A DNA stretch of 64,000 nt from an uncultured virus (IMG/VR IMGVR_UViG_3300046467_003049) (lineage: Duplodnaviria; Heunggongvirae; Uroviricota; Caudoviricetes): IMG/VR virus record IMGVR_UViG_3300046467_003049. One strand, given 5' to 3'. Shown in pieces: positions 47,300-59,184 of this stretch. The stretch's first letter is position 1. Each line of letters starts with the position of its first letter. The notes beneath the pieces were generated by a model. That model saw nothing but the letters and a program-made list of their open reading frames with translations, was not told the DNA's origin and did no database searches. Position numbers and translations under genes: made by a program.

Positions 47300-47625
47300 T
47301 GGTGTGCGGTCTTTCCCGCCGTCAACTGGAACACCTTAGCAAGTAGCCACCGATAAAAGCGACAAACCTACCCCAAAGGAGACACTATCAAAATATAGAA
47401 AGTAAAGCGTATCGTCACCCACCTACAGTACAGACACGAACACATTACTCTTACTACTTCTCAAACCCAATACAAGCCGGATGACAGATAACGCCAAGCG
47501 TAAGGGATGAAACTCTATACCATCAGCATAAAGGAAAAAGCTTCCAATTCAGAGGGTTATTGGTTGTGGCCACCCCCTGCTATACGCCACTCTTAAGCGT
47601 CTGAAACTTAAGAACCACAATAACA
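47300..47625 (-). ncRNA. candidate multi-stem ncRNA ending in a GCGG-GAAAGA-CCGC hairpin and CCA
   Basis: Intergenic interval with no tracked ORF, multiple G-U-containing stems on the - strand, and a 3' ACACCA. Confidence 0.55.
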
Positions 47626-49014
47626 AAATGAAACGAAGAAATACATCTGCGCTAAAAAGATATTAACACAATTGATCAGGGTTTCTTTATTGCTGTTTAT
47701 TTATTTTCTTTTAGCTTAATTGCTGTATAAGCCCGTCAATCGCGGCTTCTGCATGTTTTGTTACTGTGCTTTTGTTTACTGTTTTCACTTTATTTGCCAA
47801 CAAGCTAAGCTTTTCCTCAATGCGTCTGTCTTTTTCTAATATTTGCAAGTTCGTTTTTTGACCAAAAGAAGTGATCTCTACTAAAGGCATTTCACACTCT
47901 TCGAAGTCCGATAAATTAAAATCAGCAAAAATTGCTATCACCCCACCTTCAACTGAAAACCCACAAACGTTATCAAGACAGAAAGCGTCATTCATCTCTT
48001 CAGCAGTATTATAATGACAGCCTTGCACTGGAAAGCCCATGTTAATGAGTTCACATGCAACCGCATAACCATTGCCGTTTACCGCCTTTACTTTGAATTC
48101 TTTTGGTAATTCCATACCCTACCCCTTTAAATTTGGCTAAACTGCCATGCCTAATGATTTCACGTCTTCATCGTTTAAAAACAAATCACGACCCAAGTCA
48201 TAATATGCATGCTCATGTGATTTTTTGTTCCACATATACTGAATTCTACGACCTTTAACAGTCATTACCGGCTCAGTTCCACCACACGCTACAACCCAAT
48301 TAGACATAACAACAACTCCTCAGTGACTATGAAATAATTATATTATCATTATGCACTTTTGTCAATCTTTTTTATTTATTTGTCTTGACTAAAAACCGTC
48401 ATTAATGCACAATAAGAATATAGAAAATCACAAACAAAAACGGGATCAAGTATGAGCGTTTCAAGAATATGCGAGTTTTACCTAGCAACGGATAACAAAT
48501 GGTATCTAATGCTTGCTGAAGACGAGCACACTGAAGAAATAGATGATTGTTATGCCATTGGTCCATTCAATTCATTGGAAGAAGCTGAACAAACCCTGGT
48601 GGAAGCTCCTCTACCTAATACTGGCTCAGCAAGCATAGATGACTCTGGAACAGTTGAGCCGCCAAAGACTGCACTGCTTAACTCAAAAGCATCATTGCTC
48701 AAAGGCGAGCTAAAATGAATCGACGCCATCGACGCAATAAAATCCTAGATTACCTCGCGAAACACGGCTCGATAAAAGCATCGAACGCACAAGCCAGAAC
48801 TGAAACCGGCTTCGCACACAAACCAGTTAAGCAATATAATAGGCTTTCTTATCATCTTGAATTGCTATGGGAAGAAGGTGTAATATCTGGATTTAAATCT
48901 AAAGGTAAATGGGAATACCACCTAATTTAAAAGGGCATTGCTTTATCAAGGCAACCAAGCTCCATTTATAGATCATTGAGTTATATTTAGTGCCATACAA
49001 AAACTGGCACCACA

Positions 49015-49425
49015 ATGATCATAGACAACATCAAAAACACTGTTATTAAAAACTCTACCCTTCACGGGAAAGGGCTTTTTGCTACCCGCAGTATTGAAAA
49101 AGACACATTACTATGCGTGCTTGAAGGGCAAGTGTTAACAACCAAGTGTTACATGGAATTGATTGAACATGGCAACTACGGGCGCAATTGCTTTATTGAA
49201 AAATATAAAATCGATGACACCCACGTTGCTGCTATGCCCTTTAGGACAAAATACAGCTTCATTAACCACAGCGACAAACCCAATGTTTACAGCGTGCTTA
49301 AAGATCGAAAGCTTTACGTATATACATCTACCAGCATCAATCATGAGGACGAACTGGTCGATACTTACAACTTAAACAAGCATATTGACGTGCTTGGCGG
49401 GTTTAAAGAAACCCAGGTGCTTTAA
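49015..49425 (+). CDS. SET-domain protein
   Basis: STLHGKGLFA, FINHSDKPN and ELVDTY motifs. Confidence 0.85.
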   Translation: MIIDNIKNTVIKNSTLHGKGLFATRSIEKDTLLCVLEGQVLTTKCYMELIEHGNYGRNCFIEKYKIDDTHVAAMPFRTKYSFINHSDKPNVYSVLKDRKLYVYTSTSINHEDELVDTYNLNKHIDVLGGFKETQVL

Positions 49426-52114
49426 AACTCACTTGCACCCCTCAACAACAGGCCGACCATCATCGCCGTGACTAACACGAACCTTGCGCAGATACTTTCC
49501 TGCTTTTGCAGATTCAGGGTACATGGTAACTACTGCTGAACTTTCCTTAGACACATCTAACTGGAACAGTACAACTTCAGTCATTTGGCTAAAAACCTTA
49601 TCAGCATTCTCTCTGTCATTAGCAGAACTACTAATCTCACCTGATTTATCAATAGAATGGCCATTAATTACGAACATATACAACGAACCCTTATCTTGGA
49701 TTTATACTGCAATTTAATTATCATAATGACTGAAACGTCAACGAACAACGCCTATTAAACCAAAGTTAAAATAGGCGTTCAAGTGTTTAATCTTTATTTA
49801 TTTATTTTTTTTCGTACTGCTTGAAATCATCAATAACATCACCATTAATGCTGATTTTTTCCACGGCATCGACATGTAGCGACCTTGGGTATTCAACTAA
49901 TCTCCCACAAACATTAGCGATCAAATAAGAAGAGAAATTTGCTCCACCTGTTGACGCTTCATACATGAAAACCTCACCAGTTTCCCTGATACGTATAAGA
50001 TCACCTTTATTAAACAAGTCCATCAACCGCTTATATATTTTAAATGCTGACATACCGGCACCTCTATCAATTTAGTTGATCGTTAAACCTTGTCAAACTA
50101 TTTAACAAGGTTTAACGCCTATGCTTTATCCACTCGGCTTATCGACCGTGCAATATAGGTTGAAGCTCTTTGTATTCCGCTGCACTAATAGTGCGAACGC
50201 GCACGCTCTGAGGGGGTTCTTTTTGCGGCAATGGTTCGGAGTTAATTGTAGACGCCCAAGAGCCTTTTCGTGGAGTATCTACTTTTTGTTTTGCATTATT
50301 CATTTTGTTTACCTTGTGTGTGATTACTTAGTAAAACCATAATATCATAATGAAATTTGTTGTCAATCATTTATTTTTGTTTGGCGCAAAAAAAAGCACC
50401 GCTTGTCATGAACAACAAGCAGTGTTTTTTATCTGGCAAATTTATAGAGGTCTTGCGGTGATCAGGCGAATACTATCAGCACGATTGTTTGACTTAGGTA
50501 TAAACCAGATATGCCCACCAGTTTTATACTTGTCACCGGCTTTTACTTTACTCATCTCACTTGCTCTATAAAAGTGATTAGCCATGTCAAATGCAGTTGT
50601 TTGCCCTAATGCATTCCTATCACAGCTAAGGAACTTATCAATCACTTCATCATTGATGATCACATGAGTTACCTTGCCACTTTCCAAAACATCAAAAATA
50701 TTCACAGGGAAATCCTTTTAATCATCTACTGTCGATAACATTGCTACTTTGCGCTTAATGGCTGATAGCGTATTTTTACCACTTAGTTCAATACCTTTTT
50801 CACGCCTAACTACATCACGCATCATCACCTTGTTACACTTGTGATTAACACTGATACTTACTTCTGCATGAGCTTTTTCAACTTCAAGCAAAAACTGAAT
50901 GTCATTCAACGCCACGGTTAAATCAACACGTAACTTTTTACGGTCAACTACACGCTTAGCGGCAAATAAGATTGAACCACCAGCAATTAACGCTGCAATG
51001 ACAGCACCAGAGGCCGAGACAATCGCTACAATGAGTTGTGTTTCCATAATAATATCCTTACGTCAAAAAAGAGGGAAAGTGCACCCTACGCGATGTAGAG
51101 TGCTGTATCTGATGTTGATGGAATGACCATAGCACCGTTAAGCTGCTTTAAAGTCTTTGTTAAATTTGTTTTAAGCTTTTCGGCTTGATATTTACTCCAA
51201 CCATTGTCACGTTCATTGTTCCACTCACCGTCAACATATTCGACTACGCGGTGATCACCGTAACGCTCATTTTTCTCAACCGTAAATTTTACTTTTTTTG
51301 TTTCGTTGCTTGAAGACATGATAATTCCTATGTGTGTGTTTGTTAACTCACATATATATTATCATACTGATATGGTTTGTCAATCTTTTATTTTTATTTA
51401 GATTGAGTTTAAAGCTGTACTTGACGACTCGACTCCATGAGTGAGCCGCCAGAGTTTTAAATTACAAGTTTACTGAGCCTATAGCGCCAGTAGATACCGC
51501 AGAGGCAATATCAGATACCATCAGATCATGTTCTTGCACAACCTTGTTAATGGCACTTGTTATGTCATTTGAAACTACGCGATAATCATTACCATCTTTG
51601 TCGGTTACTAAAAAAGTGTTTTTCATGTGAACTCCTAGTGTGTGAAGCTTACTTTAAAGCTTAAATTTATAACGCCTATTCTAACTTACTTAGCCTTACT
51701 TGTCAATCATTTTTATTTATTGCTAAGGCGAATAACCAAGAATTTTATTATATTTTCAAAGGTAAACAAAATCGATAAAATATCACTCTGGATTATATTT
51801 GTCGTGATGACCTTGTTCGTAACCTGCGGTGTAAGCGTCTTCGAACTTTGCATCCTTCAGACCTGCTTTTATACATTTCTCAAAATAACCATCATCGTAA
51901 CCATCATCATAAGATGGTTGCCAATCCTTTCTGTTTTTTTCGGTGCATTTCATTACGATGACTTCCTAATTTACGTTTATTGTTTAAGATAACACCATTA
52001 TAGCGAATACACGCTGTTTGTCAATCATTTTTATTTATTGTAACCACAAAAAAGCCGCGCTATCTTTCAACAACACGACTATATTTCAGGGGATTAATCT
52101 TATTTTACTATACG

Positions 52115-54352
52115 TTAAAGCTCACACACTCCACCCGCACAAGCCTGAGCACCTAACGTATCAACATTGGTGAAACGCTTTTTCTTTAACGATTCAACGA
52201 AGTTTACTGGCTTCATCTTGCTTTTAATTGAACACCACTTATGAAGATTATTAACATCTTTAAGCGCATTACACATCTTAACCAAATCACCACCAAAGTA
52301 AGTCTTAGCGAACTTCTCACCACGACGAACCCAATCACGCATCAACAAGTGCTGTGAGTTATCATCATCTAATTCTTGACCATAACCCATCAAGGTGTCA
52401 CAAGCTGACCACAAGTTGTTGCTGAAAGCATGTAAAGCATCAACAATCATTCCTGAGGCAAATATCGCGGCATCACCATACATTTCAGTTATCTGATCTG
52501 CTGTGAATACTTCCGTAAATGGAGACTGAACAAACGCACGATCACCAGACTTAGGCATCAAACTTACACCCGCAAACGAATCACGATTATCAAAAATATA
52601 ATCTTCAACCGCTTGCCAATCATCAACACTGATAGTATTAGAAACATTGTGACTTAAACGAGGGTCAACACAAAGCGATTCAACCTTACCTTCTTTAATG
52701 TAAACCGATTGCGCTTTACGAACATACTCAAGCTGTTTAACACCCATTAAATCACGTTTAAACATAGCAGTGGCAGGAGCTTCAATAGGGAATGAAATTA
52801 CTACATCATTGCCGTTAGCGTTCCAAAATGACTTTTCAACCATAGATGGATTAGTTTCTTTAATTAACTGCGCGACTTCTTCCGTCTTGCTCATTTGAAT
52901 GTTTCTCAAATATAACGGGGCATGCTCACCATGAATACCCGAGGCGCAACCAAGAATAGTACTCGCATTACCAGAAGGCTTAACCGTTGTTGTACGTGCA
53001 GCTTGATTAATACCAATCAATTGAGCAATACGCTTATTAACATCAACGATAAGGTTTGCAGCTTGTTTCATGTTGCTTTCATTAAACAACACATCAGGAT
53101 TATCCATCCAACCTGTGATAGAACAACCTAGCAACGCTTCACGCTCAGTGATCTCTTTACTCGCATCATCAAGGTACGTAAAATCAGTATAACCCGCTTG
53201 AAGTGTACCAAGGATAGCCGAGGCTTTAGATGCACGTAATAACGACTCTAAATCGACACAAGCACCACCATTTGATTCTGTTAAGTTACAGAACTGAAAA
53301 CCAGAGCGACCATCTTCTGTATAACCCATCAAACCAATTTCAACACAAGGGTTAAAACCAAACTCTTCATCATCAGCCATGATGAATCCTGGCTCACCAA
53401 ATTCACGCGTTTTACGCATAATTTCAGCAAATTCATCTTTCGTTAGCTTATTTCTAACCAACATAGCTGAGTTGTTAGAGCGACCACGCTGAGGGTTTTT
53501 CTCGAACCAATTACCCGTCTTAGCACCCATCATCTCTTCATCATCTTTAGAGAAAACACATAATGTTGCTGCTCGACGAATTCCACCACTTAACACCGCA
53601 TCAGACATATGCATAATAAAATCATACGCCTCAATCGGGCTTAGTGAAGCGGGATCTGAATTTTTAATCGCTTTATCCAACAAAACACGACATTTATCAA
53701 TCGCAATTTGTAAACCTCCATGGCCTGGGGCTTGGAAACCACCTGAAATATGTGCACCACGTGGACGAATCTCTGAATAATCAAACAATACTGTCTTACC
53801 CGCATACTCAGGGAAAGTAGCACCTTCTGTAAAATATGATGACAACAATACACCAAAAGCGTCAGCCCAACCTTCAATCGAATCAGGCACAACAAACACG
53901 TCCGAAACATTGCTTGGTTTTGTGATCTTAGGAAGTTTAGCTACATGATGCTTTTGTACTGAGAAACCAACACCACAACCCGCTAGCAATAAATACATGG
54001 CATGTTGAAAGAAAACTGGACGGTCAACGTAACTGAAAGAACAATTATACATTCTAGCGTTATGCTTCATGATTTGCTCACCACCGAACTGTAACGCTCG
54101 TTGTGCACCTAACACTAATTTGTCACGATAGGCTTGCTCTGCAAAGCTAATAGCCTCTTCAAGCTCATCAGTCATCACTGGCGCATATTTAGAACGATGC
54201 ATATTCATTACACGAGTAACTGAGTCGTCCCACGTTTCATAACGACCTAATTCATCATTCCAACGCGAATAACCTTTGAAAAAATTAGCCTCGCTCATCA
54301 TGTTTTTAGTGCTAAATTTTGGTTTAATAGCTGTTACTGTACCCATTTTCAT
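52115..54352 (-). CDS. nrdJ: class II (B12-dependent, NrdJ-like) ribonucleotide reductase
   Basis: YNC, FNPCVEI, FCNL, TTVKPSG and C-terminal CAGGVC; no beta subunit in the window. Confidence 0.8.
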   Translation of the reverse strand: MKMGTVTAIKPKFSTKNMMSEANFFKGYSRWNDELGRYETWDDSVTRVMNMHRSKYAPVMTDELEEAISFAEQAYRDKLVLGAQRALQFGGEQIMKHNARMYNCSFSYVDRPVFFQHAMYLLLAGCGVGFSVQKHHVAKLPKITKPSNVSDVFVVPDSIEGWADAFGVLLSSYFTEGATFPEYAGKTVLFDYSEIRPRGAHISGGFQAPGHGGLQIAIDKCRVLLDKAIKNSDPASLSPIEAYDFIMHMSDAVLSGGIRRAATLCVFSKDDEEMMGAKTGNWFEKNPQRGRSNNSAMLVRNKLTKDEFAEIMRKTREFGEPGFIMADDEEFGFNPCVEIGLMGYTEDGRSGFQFCNLTESNGGACVDLESLLRASKASAILGTLQAGYTDFTYLDDASKEITEREALLGCSITGWMDNPDVLFNESNMKQAANLIVDVNKRIAQLIGINQAARTTTVKPSGNASTILGCASGIHGEHAPLYLRNIQMSKTEEVAQLIKETNPSMVEKSFWNANGNDVVISFPIEAPATAMFKRDLMGVKQLEYVRKAQSVYIKEGKVESLCVDPRLSHNVSNTISVDDWQAVEDYIFDNRDSFAGVSLMPKSGDRAFVQSPFTEVFTADQITEMYGDAAIFASGMIVDALHAFSNNLWSACDTLMGYGQELDDDNSQHLLMRDWVRRGEKFAKTYFGGDLVKMCNALKDVNNLHKWCSIKSKMKPVNFVESLKKKRFTNVDTLGAQACAGGVCEL

Positions 54353-54750
54353 ACACCTTTTTCTTTGCCAACATAAGGGCTGGACTTAATTCAATTAAAC
54401 AAATGTGTTTGTGTGCTTTGCATTTCTGCTTTAGAACCACTATATTATCATAATGAATAGTTTTGTCAATCTTTTTGTTTGTTTTAGTGTGTATTTTAAG
54501 CAGAAACAGAAACGTTTTTAAACAAATACCTCGCAAACTAGATAACACATATAATGTTATCACAAGGCGCTTACTTGCTTGATAGCAACTTAAGGTAAAA
54601 TAGGGGTAATTCAAAGGTAATGTCGAAGATTATGATCTAGATCAAATTTACTATTAAACAACGTTATAAAGGCGCACAAAAAAACTCTGAAGCACGAACT
54701 TCAAAGTTTTTACTCTGTAACAGTCGATTTAATAAACTGCTTGCTTAGGG

Positions 54751-54918
54751 TTACAATTTCTCTATTTGCGTTACAACTTCATCTATTTGCGTTACAACTT
54801 CATCTATTTCAGCGTGAATGGCATGTAATCGATCTGGATCAGTCTCTTCATCACAGGCTGATTGCAGTAGCACCAATTGTTCTTCTAATTCTATTTTTTC
54901 TTGGCTTTGAGTGTTCAT
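54751..54918 (-). CDS. 55-aa coiled-coil protein with a duplicated heptad (IDEVVTQ), absent from the ORF track
   Basis: TTGCAA-17-TATAAT promoter; the ORF accounts for the 21-bp tandem repeat. Confidence 0.65.
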   Translation of the reverse strand: MNTQSQEKIELEEQLVLLQSACDEETDPDRLHAIHAEIDEVVTQIDEVVTQIEKL

Positions 54919-56846
54919 TACAGTGTTTCCGTTGGTTTGAATTATACGCCCATTATACTCGTGTACACGACATGTTGCAAGGTTTATTTAATGAAATATA
55001 AAAGGAATTTAAACTAAAAAACCCCTAGCAAGCAGGGGTTTTAATTAATACTACACAACATTACTTGGGGCGGTTTGTCTCAAACACATCGATAACATGC
55101 GCAACAAACACCGATCTCTTTTCGACATCGAGTTTTTTTAACGTCTTCGCAATAAGATAATACAAAAACATTATAGAGTGGCTATTCTCAGGCTCAACAA
55201 GCTCATTTTCCGTGTACTCTAATACCTCAGACTTAATACTAACTTCATCAACAACGATAAAGGCAAATCGTCTCATCAGCGCATCATCTCTCAGGTCGTC
55301 AACAAGCTTTTCATAAATATCGTACTCCCCTCTCGGGTCGCTTTTGAAAAACACAAAATCTGTCACTATACTTCTAATAACGCTCACTTCCCAAACAGCA
55401 AAACCATGTAACATTTTATCTTCCATAATAGACATAAACCATCCCCCTAACAAATATGAATCGATGCTATCATAATAAACCAAACATCACCTGTTAATGC
55501 ATGTCAGTAAGCACAAGAGCACACCAACACGCCTTACATTTAAACTACCCTATATAGCGAAGGGCATATGATTGATGCCACCCACCACTAACAGCATCAG
55601 TCTTAAACATTTTATCACTTGTCCCACTTCCATGATACAAAAGCACACCTGACTTACAACCATCTACTTTAGTCAGCTCACCTTTAACAAGCTTTGGATT
55701 GTGATCTGCCGACTGCACCAATAAACCATACATTTTACAAATCATCACAATAGGATCGCCTATCTCGATATCATCGAAACACACAGAGCACTTAATACCA
55801 CTATAATGGCCTAAATCAAACATCTCACCCTTTTCAATAGGTGGTTGCGTTAAAGCATACTCCACACCCTCTTTAAATGCTTCAGCAAACGCACTACTTG
55901 ACGGATATGGACAATTGCGAAGACTGCTACAAGCGCCATGGCGTCTTGACATGATAGCCAGATAACCGGCAATTTTGGCTGAATCTAATGGGGTTTTGGG
56001 GTTCGCTAAATCAATCATCAGTGCACTTCTCGCGTGTGTATTAAGAAGTCACATTGTAATTTAAAATGATAATATTGTCAATCTTTTTTGCCTTAAACAA
56101 GAAAGAGCGCCATAAGCACCCTTTAATAGAAACAACACCGTCAGGAAAGATACGGTTACGCTAATATTGCTTCACTTATCAACTCATTAACTGAGTAGTC
56201 AGACGTTTCCACTTTACGTAACACTTGCTCAAATCTAAACAAACCAACACGCTTTACTATCTTTGAAAACTCAGCAACATAAGGGTTTAGCTTGCGCTTA
56301 GCACTCTTTTCAATATCTTCTGCTGATTTAACGCTATTCGCTTCCAACTTAACCAATACAAACGCTTCTGTTGCATAGTTGATTAGGGTAGACCATGATG
56401 AGTGACGAACAAAGCCATTGTTGTACGCAATCGAACAACGCTCTTTTGCCATTGTACGCTCTCTGCTCGAACGAGGGGCGTCAATAAACTTATTGATAGC
56501 AATATGTACTGACTTGGCCATATATTTCTTAGCGGCACTATCACGAAGTATTGTGTTGCCATTAACAATAAAACCATTAACCAACAAGCTAGATTTATAC
56601 ATTTTTAATCTCGCTAGTGCAACATCAATGTCACTACGATGAATGCCATGGCTTGGGCGTGATTTTGCAATGCGAACCTTGCCGTTGTCCATTAGATATT
56701 TTGACTCTTGTAGAAACATTACTTACACTCTCTTTGCGGGTTAACTCAATAACAACATTGTATCAAATCAATACACCTTGTCAATCATTTATTTTGATTT
56801 GTGTCGTGGCAAAAGGCAATTAAAACCCTTTACCACAAAGCCACTT

Positions 56847-57305
56847 TTAGCCGAATCTCACTCGGCCATTATCTACAGCTCTTGGCTTTAAACCAGATAC
56901 CTTTAAAACCTTCTCAATTGCGCTAAGCACTTCTATTGTAAGCTCAGTAACATCGATTTTAACGTAAACGTCACACATGTTATTTACTTTGACAACGGCA
57001 CCATAGCGCTCAGTTGCTATTTTTTGCAACTCTTCAGTGGTATATGATTTAACTTCAGTTCTTAATACACCGAAAAAATCTTTAGGTGAGCGGACTTCAA
57101 AGCCCAAAACCGCCTTGCTGAAGTCATGTGACGTTTCAATGACCAGTCCGCAACGCACGTTGTTAACCGGACTAATTCTTACATTACCGCCCGATTCTTC
57201 AAATGATACCGGATCATAAGCGGCTAAAATGGCATTCTTCAATGACTCAACATTATCAACAATTACTTGTTTTTTCTGGTCTGTTAAAAAGCTAACTGGT
57301 TTCAT
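56847..57305 (-). CDS. hypothetical protein (start revised to MKPVSF)
   Basis: Promoter at ~57366; exact ACACACAAGG at 57314. Confidence 0.7.
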   Translation of the reverse strand: MKPVSFLTDQKKQVIVDNVESLKNAILAAYDPVSFEESGGNVRISPVNNVRCGLVIETSHDFSKAVLGFEVRSPKDFFGVLRTEVKSYTTEELQKIATERYGAVVKVNNMCDVYVKIDVTELTIEVLSAIEKVLKVSGLKPRAVDNGRVRFG

Positions 57306-57808
57306 GTGGATCACCTTGTGTGTGTTTTTTAAATAGTAAGTTTATTGTACACTGAAACAGTCTTTTGTCAATCTTTCTTTCTAAACGAACGCGCATTAAT
57401 GGCATAATAAATAAAAATAAATGATTGACAACACGATGGATTTAATAGACAATAGTCACAGTTAAAACACGCACAAGGTGAAAATATTATGAGTTCAGAA
57501 AATGAAGGTGAAATTTGCTATATATGTAACGTAACCGAGTTAACAAAACATGACGACTCTGGCCGCTGTGAAAGCTGTATGGATGATCTGGCAGAAGAGC
57601 ACGGGGATGGTTGGGATAACTAATAAACCAACTTAAGCAAACCTTTTATCAGGGTAAGGCTTTGTTTTATCTGCTTTCCTTTTATATTTCCTCTTATTTA
57701 AATAGGCGGAGAAACTTTCGTATGTTTGTGAATAAATGATTGACAAATGCTTGTTTTTTTATTACTATGTATGTGTAAGTTAAACAAAACACACACAAGG
57801 CAAAAACT

Positions 57809-58051
57809 ATGAAAGCACCTACAGTTAATATCGCAGTACTAGACGAAAAATCACTTGAAATGACCACTCGCCCTTGTAAGTTTATCGTTCGCGATAACAA
57901 GCTTATGACGGCTGATGAAGATGCCGTTGACTACTATGGTGAGTTTAGAGGCAACATTCCCTACATCGCACCTGAGCTAGTAGAGTGGGCTAAAAAACAA
58001 GGTGGTTACTGGGAATGGGAAAATCCTGAAGCTATCTGCTTTACCAAATAA
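57809..58051 (+). CDS. hypothetical protein
   Basis: TTGACA at 57740; exact ACACACAAGG at 57791. Confidence 0.75.
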   Translation: MKAPTVNIAVLDEKSLEMTTRPCKFIVRDNKLMTADEDAVDYYGEFRGNIPYIAPELVEWAKKQGGYWEWENPEAICFTK

Positions 58052-59184
58052 ATCAATTAAGCCCCTTTGCAATACTTAGGGGCTTAACTTTATCATTTTG
58101 AACAACTATAAGAACTGAATCTCACAAACTATTTTACGGAGTTAACCATGCCACAACGCGATGAATTTTTCGATATTTTTGAAAACACCTTAGATGCAAT
58201 TGCTAGCGATTCTAGCGACATCATTGATGCCTTTCTACCTCAACGTGGAAATACTAGTGATGATTGCCAAATGCTGACACTTCGCAACGCAACACATGAA
58301 CTCGATCACGCTATCACAGGAACAAAAGCAAAAGATATGCGCCCCGTTAACGATGAAGATCAAACAAAACTTGAACAAGAGTGGAATTGCGAACCTTTCA
58401 GTAAAGATATCGCCATTCACAGCATTGATTCACTCATCGAAAAGCTCCAACATGCTCGTGAAAAGCTAATAGAACTATAGCCTGCTAGTCTTACCGGCTA
58501 TTCAAAGCACACTGTTTATGTTAAATCATATTCCGTGTGCTCAACTCCTTTCATCCACATACCGTAGAGCTATCAGCGCAATCGACAAAGCCATAAGCAA
58601 GCATAGTAGCCACAATCACGCCTAAAAACACGCACAGACACAAAACAACCAGGTGACTATACGTTACTGCCTTAACCTTACTTATGAACAAACAGATTCG
58701 CACAGCGGCTTTTGACAAAATATTCAGGCAACATCTCGTTTGTTTAACTCTTGGTTATATAACATTGGCCAAACCCATGAACACACTAGCCAACAATGAA
58801 CGTTTATTGATTTTAAAAACAACAATGCCACTAAAAAGTGGCATTGTTTAATATTGATGTTAAATAGAATATTTATGCGGTTTTAAGTGCCACCACAAGC
58901 TTCATTACGGGCTTTTACACGCGTTTCAAACTCATGCAACACCGGACTAACATGTTCTTTTTCAAGATTCATTACAGAGCTTTCGATGAATTTTTTTACT
59001 GAAGCTATGGTTGCGGTGCCACTGACGCCTACATACTTAGGCATAAGCAAATTATCACCCTGCATGTTACTAAGTGCTTCAACACCTAAATTAGGGGTTA
59101 CACTTAAATCAACTTCATTTACCATAATGGTAAGTGTAGATTTATTGCCCATTCCGCCACGCAGTGAAAAAACTGCAAGTTTAA

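Noticed and set aside
47300..47380. tRNA or tmRNA gene suggested by the CCA end
   Set aside because: There is no cloverleaf, no GTTCRA T-arm and no acceptor-stem pairing.
54751..54810. 21-bp tandem repeat as replication iterons
   Set aside because: It is explained as a duplicated heptad (IDEVVTQ) in a 55-aa minus-strand ORF.
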